From assembly GCA_021806925.1 (NCBI GenBank), contig JAKAPS010000007.1, positions 1-53,515 on the forward strand: a stretch of 53,515 bases of DNA. The letters run 5' to 3'. The stretch is from a bacterium. Lineage in GTDB: Bacteria; Patescibacteriota; Dojkabacteria; JAKAPS01. Made by a program: the position numbers and the translations under genes. The notes beneath the pieces were generated by a model, which had not been told where the DNA came from, ran no database searches, and worked only from the letters and a program-made list of their open reading frames with translations. This document shows positions 39,687-50,770 of this stretch, piece after piece (the first letter of the stretch is position 1; each line of letters begins with the position of its first letter).

Positions 39687-40322
39687 ATGAGCTCTAAGAT
39701 ATATAAAAAATATGAAAAGGACACAATTAAAACATATGATTGAATATCAAAGAAATGTGGAGATGAATATAATACATGAAAATTCTGAGGCGGATGGATT
39801 TACTGAGTTTTTTTTAAACTAGTACCAGAAGGAAAAACGCTACTTGAAATAGGAATTGGAAGCGGTAGAGATGCAATTGAACTAATACCAAGATACAAAT
39901 ATACTGAAATAGATGCAAGTCAGAAATTACTGGAAATTGCAAGTGAAAAGCATCCAAGCATTCCATTCTCCTGCCAAAATGTATATGAATTAGAATTTGA
40001 AGATAACTCATTTGATTCATTTTGGGCAGTAGCCATTCTATTACATATACAAAAAAAAGATATTGATGAAGTACTAAAAGAGATTAGAAGAGTTATAAAA
40101 AATAACGGTATCGGATTTATATCTTTAAAAAGCAGTGAAGGAGAAAGATATGTTATTGAGAATAGGGAAGACGGATTCCTAGATAAAAGATTCTTTGCAT
40201 ATTACACTGCTTCAGAGTTTAGTACTATTCTTGTGAGAAATAATTTTGAAATAATCAAACAATTAAATATAGTTGACGGAAAGACAACCTGGCTTATGTT
40301 TCTAGTAAAAGTAATTAAATAG
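39687..40322 (+). pseudogene. Class I SAM methyltransferase with a disrupted 5' end (not in the ORF track)
   Basis: Frame open from about 39813 to TAG 40320 reads LLEIGIGSGRDA..FDSFWAVAILLH..RVIKNNG; the 5' part MSSK..TIKTYD is followed by four in-frame TGA. Confidence 0.8.
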
Positions 40323-40339
40323 TAAATTCATAATATAAA

Positions 40340-41440
40340 TTATTGTGCAATTTCATCTATTTTATTTAAAATAATTTCTCTCTCATTTTTTAAATTCGAT
40401 TCCGATACAAAACTATGTATATTATTTATCATAATTTCAAATTCACTATTATTTAAAGGAAGTTTTGATAATAATTGTTTCATATTACCGTAGTATCCAA
40501 GTTTTTTATTTAATATAAATTCAATATTTCCTTTCTCTTGAGCACCATATGATGCAAAGATAAATGGTATTACACCTTTCTCAATTGTTTCAAAAAGCAT
40601 GCTTGGACCTGATTTTAAGAAGTGAATATATGAAAAGCTAAGTATTTCATCCATATTATCTACAAATCCTAGGATTTTTAACGAATTGTTGTTATATCTC
40701 TGAGTTAAGTATTTATATAGTTTTTCATTTTTCGCACATATTACAATCAGGTTATATTTATCTATTAAAGATGATATAAACAAATTAATATCTTTAACGT
40801 TAATATTTCCAAAACCTCCTGATGATATTACTATTATCTTTTTCTCCTTATCTAATCCATATAAATCAAAAAATTCATCTCTTGAAATACTAACATCATC
40901 AGTATATTTTGGATTTATTGGAAATGTAAGAACAGAAGTATCAGATATACTATTTCTCTTAATAACATATTCTTTTGTCTCTTCAAATGGTACAAAAATA
41001 TATTTCAGGTGTGAATTGAACCATGATGAATGAATTGTGAATGGATCTGATATATATGTAATATCTGGTATATTCAATTCAACTGAACAACTATGAATAT
41101 ATAGATTAAGAATAGAATTAAGAGAGATTATCAAATCAGGTGAATATTCTTTTATTTTTTTTATCAATATATGCTTTAAGTATATATTATATATTTTAGA
41201 AAGATATTCATGCCTATCATTAAATGTTACATTAAAAATTATTTGCCAAATATTAAGATATGATACGCTGAACGAATATATTCTCTCAAGATTATCAAAT
41301 AAGAATTTATCCCCCAAATGCGATATAACCTCAACATTATATTTATCAGATAGAATATCTTTTAAGGTCTTGCACACCGATATATGCCCTCCTCCAACAG
41401 GTAGAGCAAAAATTAATATTGTCTTCTTGTTATTCACCAA
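40340..41440 (-). CDS. MGDG synthase/UgtP-like GT28 glycosyltransferase
   Basis: GGGH, PDLIIS, H..W, SGGFG, GFVDNM, KSGP and QEKGN motifs. Confidence 0.85.
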   Translation of the reverse strand: MVNNKKTILIFALPVGGGHISVCKTLKDILSDKYNVEVISHLGDKFLFDNLERIYSFSVSYLNIWQIIFNVTFNDRHEYLSKIYNIYLKHILIKKIKEYSPDLIISLNSILNLYIHSCSVELNIPDITYISDPFTIHSSWFNSHLKYIFVPFEETKEYVIKRNSISDTSVLTFPINPKYTDDVSISRDEFFDLYGLDKEKKIIVISSGGFGNINVKDINLFISSLIDKYNLIVICAKNEKLYKYLTQRYNNNSLKILGFVDNMDEILSFSYIHFLKSGPSMLFETIEKGVIPFIFASYGAQEKGNIEFILNKKLGYYGNMKQLLSKLPLNNSEFEIMINNIHSFVSESNLKNEREIILNKIDEIAQ

Positions 41441-41552
41441 ATGTTATATAAATTATACATCCTTGATAACATGTATGTATATACTAAATCATCTATTTAT
41501 TAACTTGACTTTATTATGAGATTGTTATATTATAGGTCCTACTGATTGCAAA

Positions 41553-41777
41553 ATGACTATAGCATCAAATATATTTACACACAGGTCACCTTTGATTAAA
41601 AGTATTCTAGATTTAAATTATTGTAATTTGGAAATTAATGTTCAATTGTTATTGTTAGATTTTGACCTACGCAAATTAAGTGAATCTAATGAAAAAGGAA
41701 TAACAACTGATGAATTAAGGATTTTATTAAAATGGTATAATGATAAAGATACATTAAAAAATGAGGATTTGAGATAA
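41553..41777 (+). CDS. Hypothetical protein
   Basis: ATG ORF downstream of a TTGACT...TATATT promoter-like sequence. Confidence 0.4.
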   Translation: MTIASNIFTHRSPLIKSILDLNYCNLEINVQLLLLDFDLRKLSESNEKGITTDELRILLKWYNDKDTLKNEDLR

Positions 41778-41794
41778 ATGTAAAGGACTGTGAT

Positions 41795-42280
41795 ATGGGG
41801 TATATTATAACTACAACAATACAACAAAAACTTGTAGCACTAACAATAGGTCATGATAAGCATAGTATACTAAATGACATGGAATCAATATCATGTCAAT
41901 ATATTGATACTATAGGTACTAATTACGATATAGAATTCAAGCTAGGTTTGTTAGATATGCTCATTGCATATACCTTTAAGTATAGCGATACTTTCCATAC
42001 AATGATTCTTAAATTTTTAAATGCAAAAAAAATTATATCACAGGATATAGATAAAATGGTTAATGATACTAATTTATTAAACACTAGTAAATTATACTTC
42101 ATTATAAAAAGATATATGGCATATAGATTAATGTGCAAGAGATTCCCAAACATGTATAGTGCATTTTATAATGAGGGAAATGACAACACACTTCGATTTA
42201 ATAGCAGTAATGATGAATTCAACACATTAAAGTATATTCTACACGAAATTAATTACTTTTTAGAATGTATGCTATATTAA
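41795..42280 (+). CDS. Hypothetical protein
   Basis: 161-aa ORF with an AAGGA SD. Confidence 0.5.
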   Translation: MGYIITTTIQQKLVALTIGHDKHSILNDMESISCQYIDTIGTNYDIEFKLGLLDMLIAYTFKYSDTFHTMILKFLNAKKIISQDIDKMVNDTNLLNTSKLYFIIKRYMAYRLMCKRFPNMYSAFYNEGNDNTLRFNSSNDEFNTLKYILHEINYFLECMLY

Positions 42281-42484
42281 AAACAGCCCAAAAATGAAAG
42301 AAGCATTATTACAAAGATAAGCTTTTTACAATTTGGATTTATTACACATAATGAATGATTATTTTTAGCCTACTTTATTCTCATCACATAAAGTCATAAC
42401 TGTTTCATTTTACCCAATTTAATGCTAAAATACATAGTAGTTTTCCTGCATGTGTAATGGAAAAATGAAATACTAATACAATTT

Positions 42485-44317
42485 ATGGACAATAACACAT
42501 ATACAAAAATAAGGAATGTAGCTATTATAGCTCACGTTGATCATGGCAAAACTACCTTGGTGGATGGATTTCTTAAACAGACACATGTTTTTAGGGAAAA
42601 TGAGGAGAATTTTTCGGCTCAACAGATATTAGACTACAACGACTTAGAGAGAGAAAGAGGTATTACAATATTAGCGAAAACTGCATCAATAAACTATAAA
42701 GGATATAAGATAAACATAATTGATACACCAGGACACAGCGATTTTGGTGGAGAAGTTGAGAAGACTCTAAATATGGCTGATGGTTGTTTGCTAATTATAG
42801 ACGCACAAGAAGGACCAATGCCACAAACATATTTTGTCCTAAAAAAAGCCCTAGAGTTGAATAAATCGATTATACTAGTTATAAATAAAATAGATAAAAG
42901 CTTTGCAAACCCTGCAAATGCACTTGATAAGGCATATGACTTGTTCCTTAGCCTTGCAATTAATGAAAGTCAATTGGATTTTCCTGTATTTTATGCAATA
43001 GGGAAAGATGGTAAAGCATACACAACAATTCCTGCAAATTTTGATGATCCAGCAGATTTAAGTCCTATTCTTGAGAAAGTCATTGAATACTTTCCTCATC
43101 CAGAACCTAATATTGAAGGATCACTTCAACTGCAAGTTACATTAACTGATTTTGACAAACATTTAGGCACTCTTTGTATAGGTAAAGTAATAAGGGGAAC
43201 AATAGAGAAAGATAAGAACGTTGTTATATTGAAAGATAATTCAAAAGATAAAGGGCAAATCTCAAAAGTATTCGTTATGGAGGGATTAAAAAGAGTTGAA
43301 AAAGATATTTGCTATGCTGGAGATATTGTCATTATCTCAGGAATAAAAGATGTAACAATAGGTGATACTATAGCGGGAACTGATAATCCAGAAGCTCTTC
43401 CAAGAATACAGGTTCAGGAACCATCTGTAAGAATAAAAATTGAAGCGAGCACATCACCATTTTTAGGTAGAGACGGGAAATTCTTAACTTCGAGAGAAAT
43501 AGGAGTAAGATTAGAAAAAGAGGTTGAATCTAATTTGTCTATGAAGCTTGAAAAAACAGGAGATGGCGGATTCTTCGTTTCAGGTAGAGGTGAATTACAT
43601 CTTGGAATACTTATAGAAACATTAAGAAGAGAGAATTACGAATTTCAGATATCAAAACCAACCGTCGTTATAAAAGGGGAGGGGAATAATAAACTTGAAC
43701 CTCTTGAAGAAGTGTTTATTGAAGTAAATCAAGACTATTTTGGAACTGTTTCAACGATAATGACTCTTAGAAGTGCCAATCTTCTGAATATAGAGACACG
43801 AGGTAATATTTCAATGTTTCACTATGAAGCATTAACAAAAAATATGTTTGGACTAAGAACTGAGTTATTGTCACAAACTAGAGGAACAGCCACAATAAAT
43901 GTTATGTTCTCTAAATTTGTTCCATATTCACATCCATTGCCATCAACAAGAAATGGGGCATTATGTTCAACAGATACAGGTACAGCTACTTCATATGCAC
44001 TTGAAAAAATAGAGGATAGAGGAAATCTTTTCATTTCACCAGGTGATGAAGTATATACAGGAATGGTTATTGGAATTGCAAAATATGACAATGATATGAA
44101 TGTTAACCCAACACTGCAAAAACAAAAAACAAGTATACATATGTCAGTTTCTGAGATTGCAATAAAATTAAAGGAACCCATGCAACTTACTCTAGATAAC
44201 CTATTTCAGTTGCTTGAAGATGATGAGGTATTGGAGATTACTCCAAAGTTCCTTAGATTAAGGAAAAGGGTTTTAGATCCAGCAAAAAGAAGTATAAAAA
44301 GAGAAACAAGAGGGTAA
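42485..44317 (+). CDS. typA: Translational GTPase TypA/BipA
   Basis: RNVAIIAHVDHGKTTLVD, ERERGITILAK, DTPGH.DFGGEVE, VSGRGELHL and EITP..LRLRK motifs. Confidence 0.96.
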   Translation: MDNNTYTKIRNVAIIAHVDHGKTTLVDGFLKQTHVFRENEENFSAQQILDYNDLERERGITILAKTASINYKGYKINIIDTPGHSDFGGEVEKTLNMADGCLLIIDAQEGPMPQTYFVLKKALELNKSIILVINKIDKSFANPANALDKAYDLFLSLAINESQLDFPVFYAIGKDGKAYTTIPANFDDPADLSPILEKVIEYFPHPEPNIEGSLQLQVTLTDFDKHLGTLCIGKVIRGTIEKDKNVVILKDNSKDKGQISKVFVMEGLKRVEKDICYAGDIVIISGIKDVTIGDTIAGTDNPEALPRIQVQEPSVRIKIEASTSPFLGRDGKFLTSREIGVRLEKEVESNLSMKLEKTGDGGFFVSGRGELHLGILIETLRRENYEFQISKPTVVIKGEGNNKLEPLEEVFIEVNQDYFGTVSTIMTLRSANLLNIETRGNISMFHYEALTKNMFGLRTELLSQTRGTATINVMFSKFVPYSHPLPSTRNGALCSTDTGTATSYALEKIEDRGNLFISPGDEVYTGMVIGIAKYDNDMNVNPTLQKQKTSIHMSVSEIAIKLKEPMQLTLDNLFQLLEDDEVLEITPKFLRLRKRVLDPAKRSIKRETRG

Positions 44318-44318
44318 A

Positions 44319-45839
44319 ATGATAAAAAAAAGAATAATTTTTTCAAAATATGAAAAATTATTTCTCTTGCTTATTCTTTTAATTTCGACATTTCTTCACT
44401 TTTACCTACTAAATACTCATTTGCACTTTAATTTAGATGAAGGATATATGAGTTTCACTATAAGAAACATTATATACTTACATCATTTTCCAACTGTAGG
44501 ACCAGGTGGATCAATAGGTAATGGAATTTACCATGGAGCATTTTTTTATTATTTATTTTTGATTCCAGGTATACTTTCAAATTTCAATCCATTAGGATTT
44601 GCATACTTTGTTGTTATACTTTCAATAATATCAGATGTATTGCTTTACATTTCTATTCGTGAAGTATATGGAAAATTAGTTTCAATCCTGACCGTTATAT
44701 TTTATGTATTTTCGTATAATGTGATAGTGTATTCAAGATGGGAATGGAATCCGAACACTATTCCATTTTTTACAATATTATCACTATTTTCATTAATTTA
44801 TGGAATTAAAACATATAAAGATACAAACAATAACATAAGCAATGATATAAACAATAAAGAAAGTGTTATAGAATATTTAAGAAAGCGCAAGAGCTTAATA
44901 TATTTTTCAATTTTTTATTTTTCTATTGGAGCCATAACTCAATTACATATCGCAGGTTGGGTAATGTACCCTGTTGCTATACTCATTCTATTTGATACTA
45001 GAAAATACATTAAAAATATCCGATATTATCTTATTTATACATTATCGTTTTTGTTTCCAATGATTCCAACTATATTTCATGAATTGAAATATAAGTTCCC
45101 GATGATTAAGGGAATTCTATTATTTATATTACAGCATAAATCAGGGAATATTTTTATATCTTTGAGTAAAGGCATAGGAAATTACGCATTCTTTATAAAT
45201 GATATTTTCAAAATCCCACCAGAAATTACAGGATTTCTAACTATATTTGGAATTTTTTTAATATACCTTGAGATAAAAGAAAATAAGAAAGAAAAAATAA
45301 ATAGTAATAAGAAAAACCACACATATACAGATTCTGATACAAAGGAAATGATATCTATTTTATCAAAATACATTCTTTATATATTGTTTTTTGCATATAT
45401 TATGTACTCAGAATATCCTGGAGATATCCATCATATACATTACGCCGAATTTCTATTTCCAATATTTCCATTACTGGCATCACTTTCTATTATATTCCTG
45501 GTAAGGTTAAAACAAGAATTCGCTGTTATATGCTTAATAATTGTATCAATGTTCATATACAGTAATCTTATTTTATTTAAAGAAGGTATAGTGAATGGCA
45601 TTCAAGAATACAGAACAGAAAATATAATATGTTCAGATATAAAGAATTCTATAAAAACAAATACTGCTGACGTAAATATTAATAATACAATTAATAATCC
45701 AGTATATTTACAATACATATGTCTAATCAGCTATAATATTTCATTAAATTCAAATTCATTAGATAGATTCATTGTATATACTAATTGGATAAATAACACA
45801 AGCGTTATACAAATCAAAAATACATATATTAAAAGATAG
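44319..45839 (+). CDS. ArnT/PMT-like (GT39/GT83) membrane glycosyltransferase
   Basis: F..DE first loop, GP...G..YHG..FYY, SRW.WNP and QLH motifs; many TMs. Confidence 0.75.
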   Translation: MIKKRIIFSKYEKLFLLLILLISTFLHFYLLNTHLHFNLDEGYMSFTIRNIIYLHHFPTVGPGGSIGNGIYHGAFFYYLFLIPGILSNFNPLGFAYFVVILSIISDVLLYISIREVYGKLVSILTVIFYVFSYNVIVYSRWEWNPNTIPFFTILSLFSLIYGIKTYKDTNNNISNDINNKESVIEYLRKRKSLIYFSIFYFSIGAITQLHIAGWVMYPVAILILFDTRKYIKNIRYYLIYTLSFLFPMIPTIFHELKYKFPMIKGILLFILQHKSGNIFISLSKGIGNYAFFINDIFKIPPEITGFLTIFGIFLIYLEIKENKKEKINSNKKNHTYTDSDTKEMISILSKYILYILFFAYIMYSEYPGDIHHIHYAEFLFPIFPLLASLSIIFLVRLKQEFAVICLIIVSMFIYSNLILFKEGIVNGIQEYRTENIICSDIKNSIKTNTADVNINNTINNPVYLQYICLISYNISLNSNSLDRFIVYTNWINNTSVIQIKNTYIKR

Positions 45840-45888
45840 ACAAATTTGACAACATGCATATTTTTATAATATCTTTCATAAAGGAAAT

Positions 45889-46365
45889 ATGAGTAAATAT
45901 CTTAATTCAATTATACGTATACTTTTCGGTATTATATGGTTAATTGATTCATATTTCAAATGGCAAACGCCGTTCTTAACAGGATTTAGTTCATATATTG
46001 CGTCTAATAATCAGCTGCCAATTCTAAAATTATGGTATGAGTTCTGGTCAAATATAATAAATATAAATCCAAGTCTTTTTGCTTATTCAGTGGCTACACT
46101 TGAAACATTAACAGCCCTAGGCTTAATATTTGGATTTGCAAAAAAAATCGGATATGTTATAGCTTCTATTTTAGCACTTTTAATTTGGGGAGTAGCAGAA
46201 GGATTTGGTGGTCCGTACTCAGCAAGCTCAACTGATATTGGTACAGGAATAATATATTTTCTAGTATTTGTGTGCCTGTACTATATATCTACAATATCAA
46301 CAGATTACCTATCAATAGACTATATCCTATCCAAAAGAATCACATTCTGGAAAAAGATATCGTAA
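45889..46365 (+). CDS. DoxX/DoxD-like membrane protein
   Basis: RILFG..WL.D..FKW, E...ALGLIFG and EGFGGPY...STDIG motifs. Confidence 0.7.
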   Translation: MSKYLNSIIRILFGIIWLIDSYFKWQTPFLTGFSSYIASNNQLPILKLWYEFWSNIININPSLFAYSVATLETLTALGLIFGFAKKIGYVIASILALLIWGVAEGFGGPYSASSTDIGTGIIYFLVFVCLYYISTISTDYLSIDYILSKRITFWKKIS

Positions 46366-46436
46366 TACTAACCTAAATAATACTCATATGCTTTCTTTCA
46401 TATTTTTTTAATTTTAATCTGCTATACTTATTATGT

Positions 46437-47360
46437 ATGGACAATAAAGTAATTTTAATAGGGCTTGGGAAAATGGGAAAAGGATTACTAACCAATTTTA
46501 TCAAGAACGGTATTGAAGTAATAGGTTATAACAGATCAAAAGAGGAATACTTAAGTATCGAGAGAAATAAAAATTTGTACTTAGCTTCTTCCTTTGATGA
46601 TATATTTACAAAAACAGATAAAAATATACCTGTACTTGTATGGTTAATGCTTTCACAGGGAAATGCTGTTGATGAAGTTATTACGAATATAAAACCATAT
46701 TTGAAGAAAGGGGATACAATCGTTGATGGTGGTAATTCCTACTATAAAGATAGTATTAGAAGAGCAGGTGAGCTTAATTCATCAGGTGTAAATTATTTGG
46801 ATATTGGTGTTTCTGGAGGTATAAATGGTGCTACCAATGGTGCATGTATGATGATTGGAGGAAGGAAAGACATATTTGATAAATATGAGCATATTTTTAA
46901 ATCAATATCATTAGATAATGGATATAAATATATGGGGACATCTGGTTGCGGTCATTATACTAAGATGGTTCACAATGCAATTGAATATGGAATGATGGAG
47001 TCAATTGCAGAGGGGTTGGATCTACTAAGAACTGGTTCAAAAAATTCAATTGGATTTGAAGTGTCATTGAAAGATGCTTTGAGTGTATGGAATCATGGTA
47101 GTATAATCTCAAGCTATTTAACTGAATTAGCTGAGGACATATTTACTGGTTCTTCAATTGAAGATATTGATGAAATTGAACCAATTATTGAGGAGAATGG
47201 AGAGGGTGCATGGAGTCTGAATGAAGCAATAACAAATAAAGTGCCTTTTTATTCACTTTCTGTTGCACTATTTGAAAGATACTCATCAAAAAGAGTTTCT
47301 TTTTCAAGGAAGGTTATATCATTACTAAGAAACAAATTTGGCGGACATAAAACATATTAG
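46437..47360 (+). CDS. gnd: 6-phosphogluconate dehydrogenase, short form
   Basis: IGLGKMG, VDGGNS, GVSGG, GHYTKMVHNAIEYGMM and RNKFGGH motifs. Confidence 0.93.
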   Translation: MDNKVILIGLGKMGKGLLTNFIKNGIEVIGYNRSKEEYLSIERNKNLYLASSFDDIFTKTDKNIPVLVWLMLSQGNAVDEVITNIKPYLKKGDTIVDGGNSYYKDSIRRAGELNSSGVNYLDIGVSGGINGATNGACMMIGGRKDIFDKYEHIFKSISLDNGYKYMGTSGCGHYTKMVHNAIEYGMMESIAEGLDLLRTGSKNSIGFEVSLKDALSVWNHGSIISSYLTELAEDIFTGSSIEDIDEIEPIIEENGEGAWSLNEAITNKVPFYSLSVALFERYSSKRVSFSRKVISLLRNKFGGHKTY

Positions 47361-47409
47361 AAACAAAGGAGTCAAATAAGAGGAAACTTGAATAAAATAA
47401 TTTATATAT

Positions 47410-48594
47410 ATGAAAAACATTGTATTATTTGGTGCTAGTGGAGACCTATCAAACAAAAAGGTACTACCTGCACTCAAAAATTTAAAGAAAACTCAAGACT
47501 TTAGTTTATATGGTATTGGAAGAAGTGAATCATATACTTCTGATATACTTGATGTAAACTATATAAGTATAAATTTTAATAATGTAGAAGATTTTGAAAA
47601 ATTAAAATGGGTTCTAAACCTAGACAATCCGATATATTATTTAGCAGTATCATCAGAATTCTTTTATGTAATTGCTGAGAATCTAGCAAAAAGGAAACTA
47701 AATTTTCCAAATAGTTATATATGCTTTGAAAAGCCATTTGGAAAAAATAAAGCAGAGGCGGATGAACTATACGGTAAAATTTCAAAGCTATTTAAAAACA
47801 TATGTATAATAGACCATTACTTAGCAAAGCCTCCTCTAATTGATATTGAGAATATAATTAAGGACAACTATATAATTAAATCGATAATTGAATCAAAAAA
47901 ATTAAATGAAATACAATTCACAAATTTTGAAAACGTTTTAATAGGAAAAAGAGGAGAATACTATGATAAGACTGGTGAAATTAAAGATTTCTTTCAAAGC
48001 CATACAATGCAGGTTATATCAACCAGTCTGAAAAGTTTATATAATTTCAATAAACTAGATGCGTTAAAGAACATTGACTATACAAAGAAAGGAATTTTTG
48101 GTCAATATGAAGGTTACCTGGAAGAAAAAGGAGTAAGTGAATCTAGTATAACGGAAACATATTTCGAAGGGGAATTTTCAGTTAATATACCTGCAGAAAA
48201 AAGACATATAAAAATGTTTATACGTCAAGGGAAAGCAATGAAAAGAAAAGAAACAATTTTGTCTTTTATACTAGAAGATAATAATTCATTAGTATTCTCG
48301 ATTGCTCCGGAAGAATCTATTTCCATTAACTGCTTTCTACCTAATGGAAAGGAGATACATTTAAAAAATGTTATTGCAGAGGAATATAGAGATAGCTATG
48401 AGGTCATATTCGAAAATTTACTTAATAGTGTTGATGGATTCACTTACAATGTTGATATAAAGGAGATTGAGCAATCATGGAATATATCAGAAGAGATTTT
48501 GAAGTATAAAGAACACAATGAAATATTCATATATGAAAAGGGTATAGACTCAATTGATAAAGGCCTATGGTTAACAGACTGGAAATTAATTTAA
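47410..48594 (+). CDS. zwf: Glucose-6-phosphate dehydrogenase, compact form
   Basis: LFGASGDL, EKPFG, IDHYLAK, YYD..G...D..QSH, GQY.GY and TETY motifs. Confidence 0.88.
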   Translation: MKNIVLFGASGDLSNKKVLPALKNLKKTQDFSLYGIGRSESYTSDILDVNYISINFNNVEDFEKLKWVLNLDNPIYYLAVSSEFFYVIAENLAKRKLNFPNSYICFEKPFGKNKAEADELYGKISKLFKNICIIDHYLAKPPLIDIENIIKDNYIIKSIIESKKLNEIQFTNFENVLIGKRGEYYDKTGEIKDFFQSHTMQVISTSLKSLYNFNKLDALKNIDYTKKGIFGQYEGYLEEKGVSESSITETYFEGEFSVNIPAEKRHIKMFIRQGKAMKRKETILSFILEDNNSLVFSIAPEESISINCFLPNGKEIHLKNVIAEEYRDSYEVIFENLLNSVDGFTYNVDIKEIEQSWNISEEILKYKEHNEIFIYEKGIDSIDKGLWLTDWKLI

Positions 48595-49574
48595 GAAATT
48601 AATTGTGATTTTAACTTATCCAATACTCTCTTTAAAACACCTTCATTATCCAATCTATATTTAGCAAATAAGGATAGATAGTCTCCGCTCTCACCAAAGG
48701 AATCTTCCATTCCAATTCTAATAACAGGAATATGGGACTCACATATAACTTCAAGTACGCTACTACCAAATCCACCGAACAATTGAGTATCTTCAAGTGT
48801 AATAAAAATATCAGATTCATGTTTTAGCTCAAGTATTTTTTTCTCATCAATTGGTTTAATTGATCCAAAGTTATTTAAACTAGAACAAGTAAATCTACTA
48901 TTATTCTTTTGAATATTCTCATATAGATATTCAGCAGTTTCGAGCATACAACCAGTGGATAGGATAGATATCTTAACATTCTTATCTATAGAATTATTTC
49001 TTTTAATCTCAATTGATTTTGTAAATTCAATATTATTGAAACAATATGATTTAACAGGCTGTCTTGTGAACCTTATATATACTGGAGAATCAATAGAAAG
49101 AGCATACTTTATCGCATTTTTTGCTTCGTAATAATCACATGGATTTAAGACAACTAAATTTGGAATTACTCTCATAATAGCGATATCTTCCATTGCCTGA
49201 TGTGTTGCACCATCTTCTCCAACACCAAGTCCAACATGTGTTGAAAATATCTTTATATTTCTATTTGAATAACATACGCTTGTCCTTATAAAGTCCCAAT
49301 TTCTTCCAGGTGAGAAAGCAGCAAAACTTGTTATTACTGGAATAAATCCTACTTGCTCGAGCCCTGATGCTATTTGAACAAGACTAGTTTCTGCAACACC
49401 AACATTGATAACTCTATCTGAAAATTCATCATTTATTTTAGTTAACTTTGTAGAGTCAATCAAATCAGCACTCAATGCAAATATATTTGAATTAAGTTTC
49501 ATTTGAACATAAAGCTCATCGCCAATAGCATTCCTTGTTGCTATATACTCTTCAGCGCTATTGTTATTACTCAT
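48591..49574 (-). CDS. Transketolase, C-terminal subunit
   Basis: ADL..ST, NVGVAE, GEDGATHQ..ED, PVYIR and FGESG motifs. Confidence 0.92.
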   Translation of the reverse strand: MSNNNSAEEYIATRNAIGDELYVQMKLNSNIFALSADLIDSTKLTKINDEFSDRVINVGVAETSLVQIASGLEQVGFIPVITSFAAFSPGRNWDFIRTSVCYSNRNIKIFSTHVGLGVGEDGATHQAMEDIAIMRVIPNLVVLNPCDYYEAKNAIKYALSIDSPVYIRFTRQPVKSYCFNNIEFTKSIEIKRNNSIDKNVKISILSTGCMLETAEYLYENIQKNNSRFTCSSLNNFGSIKPIDEKKILELKHESDIFITLEDTQLFGGFGSSVLEVICESHIPVIRIGMEDSFGESGDYLSLFAKYRLDNEGVLKRVLDKLKSQLIS

Positions 49575-49583
49575 ATATTTATT

Positions 49584-50456
49584 TTACTTTGTATTTAATG
49601 TACTTTTCTCATATTCTTCTAATGATTTCTTAGCAAGATCAAAATCAACATCGCTTAATTGTTTTCCATGCCATATATATTTATTCTCCATGAAATCTAC
49701 ACCATATCCTAAAACAGTATGTGCAATAACTACTTTTGGTCTTCCATTATGTAGTAGTGCTGATTTTTTAACTAAATCAAATGTATATATTAAATCATCA
49801 ATATTGTTTCCATTAGCCTCAAAAGCGTCCCAACCAAATGATTCATATTTTTTTTTCAGAGGGGCTACAGGGACAATATCATCAACGAACCCATCAATTT
49901 CAATATTGTTGTTATCAATAACAAGGATAATGTTATCTAATCTCTTTGCTGATGCAAATTGAATAGTTTCCCATATTGCACCTTCTTGGTGTTCACCATC
50001 ACTTGATAAAATATATACATACCTATTTTTAATATTACGCATTATTAGTCCCAATGCAATACCAATTCCAACTCCTACTCCCTGTCCAAGGGGACCAGTT
50101 GACGCCTCAACAAACGGTAATGATATGTTATGAGGATGCCCTTGCAATCGTGAATCAATCTTCCTGAAAGTATTTAATAATTCATTCTTTTGTATTAATC
50201 CAATTTGGGATAAAGCTGCATAGTAACTCGCAACGGTATGACCATTAGAAAGTACAAAATGATCCTTATCTATTGAATTAAAATCACTTAAAGAATAATT
50301 CATTACAGAAAAAAAAAGTACTGACATAATATCAGCAATACTCAGAGATCCTCCAGGGTGACCTGATTGTGCATTTTTTATAGCTTCAAGTGAAAGCAAT
50401 CTATTCTCAAATGATTTATGAAGAATAGCCTCTATATCTAAATTAAATGGATTCAC
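49584..50456 (-). CDS. Transketolase, N-terminal subunit
   Basis: SGHPGGSLS, D.FVLSNGH, LQGHP, STGPLGQG and DGE.QEG..WE motifs. Confidence 0.93.
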   Translation of the reverse strand: MNPFNLDIEAILHKSFENRLLSLEAIKNAQSGHPGGSLSIADIMSVLFFSVMNYSLSDFNSIDKDHFVLSNGHTVASYYAALSQIGLIQKNELLNTFRKIDSRLQGHPHNISLPFVEASTGPLGQGVGVGIGIALGLIMRNIKNRYVYILSSDGEHQEGAIWETIQFASAKRLDNIILVIDNNNIEIDGFVDDIVPVAPLKKKYESFGWDAFEANGNNIDDLIYTFDLVKKSALLHNGRPKVVIAHTVLGYGVDFMENKYIWHGKQLSDVDFDLAKKSLEEYEKSTLNTK

Positions 50457-50770
50457 AGTATGTTTTTACAATTCTATAATTTCCTATACTTTTATGCAAG
50501 AAAATATAATCCTATTATTACATAATTTAATATATAAAAATGAAGAGCTGTCATCTTCAAGGAGTTTAAAAATAACTCAAGTGTAGATATAATACAAAGT
50601 AAGAACAGCTTATAAAATATATGTAGAGTAAAATAAATGGAAAAATAATAGGGTAGGGGACACACGAAAACATATAAATATAGATAGATTGAATATATAA
50701 AGGATGTTTGAAACTCAATACAAAGTATACATATAGAGTGTATACTACAAATGAATCAATAAATAGGATT

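Noticed and set aside
39687-39812. TGA recoding (Gly or Trp) suggested by four in-frame TGA in the methyltransferase 5' end
   Set aside because: The remaining ~170 codons contain no TGA, and pyrG, glyQS and the tmRNA tag end in TGA; decay is the simpler explanation
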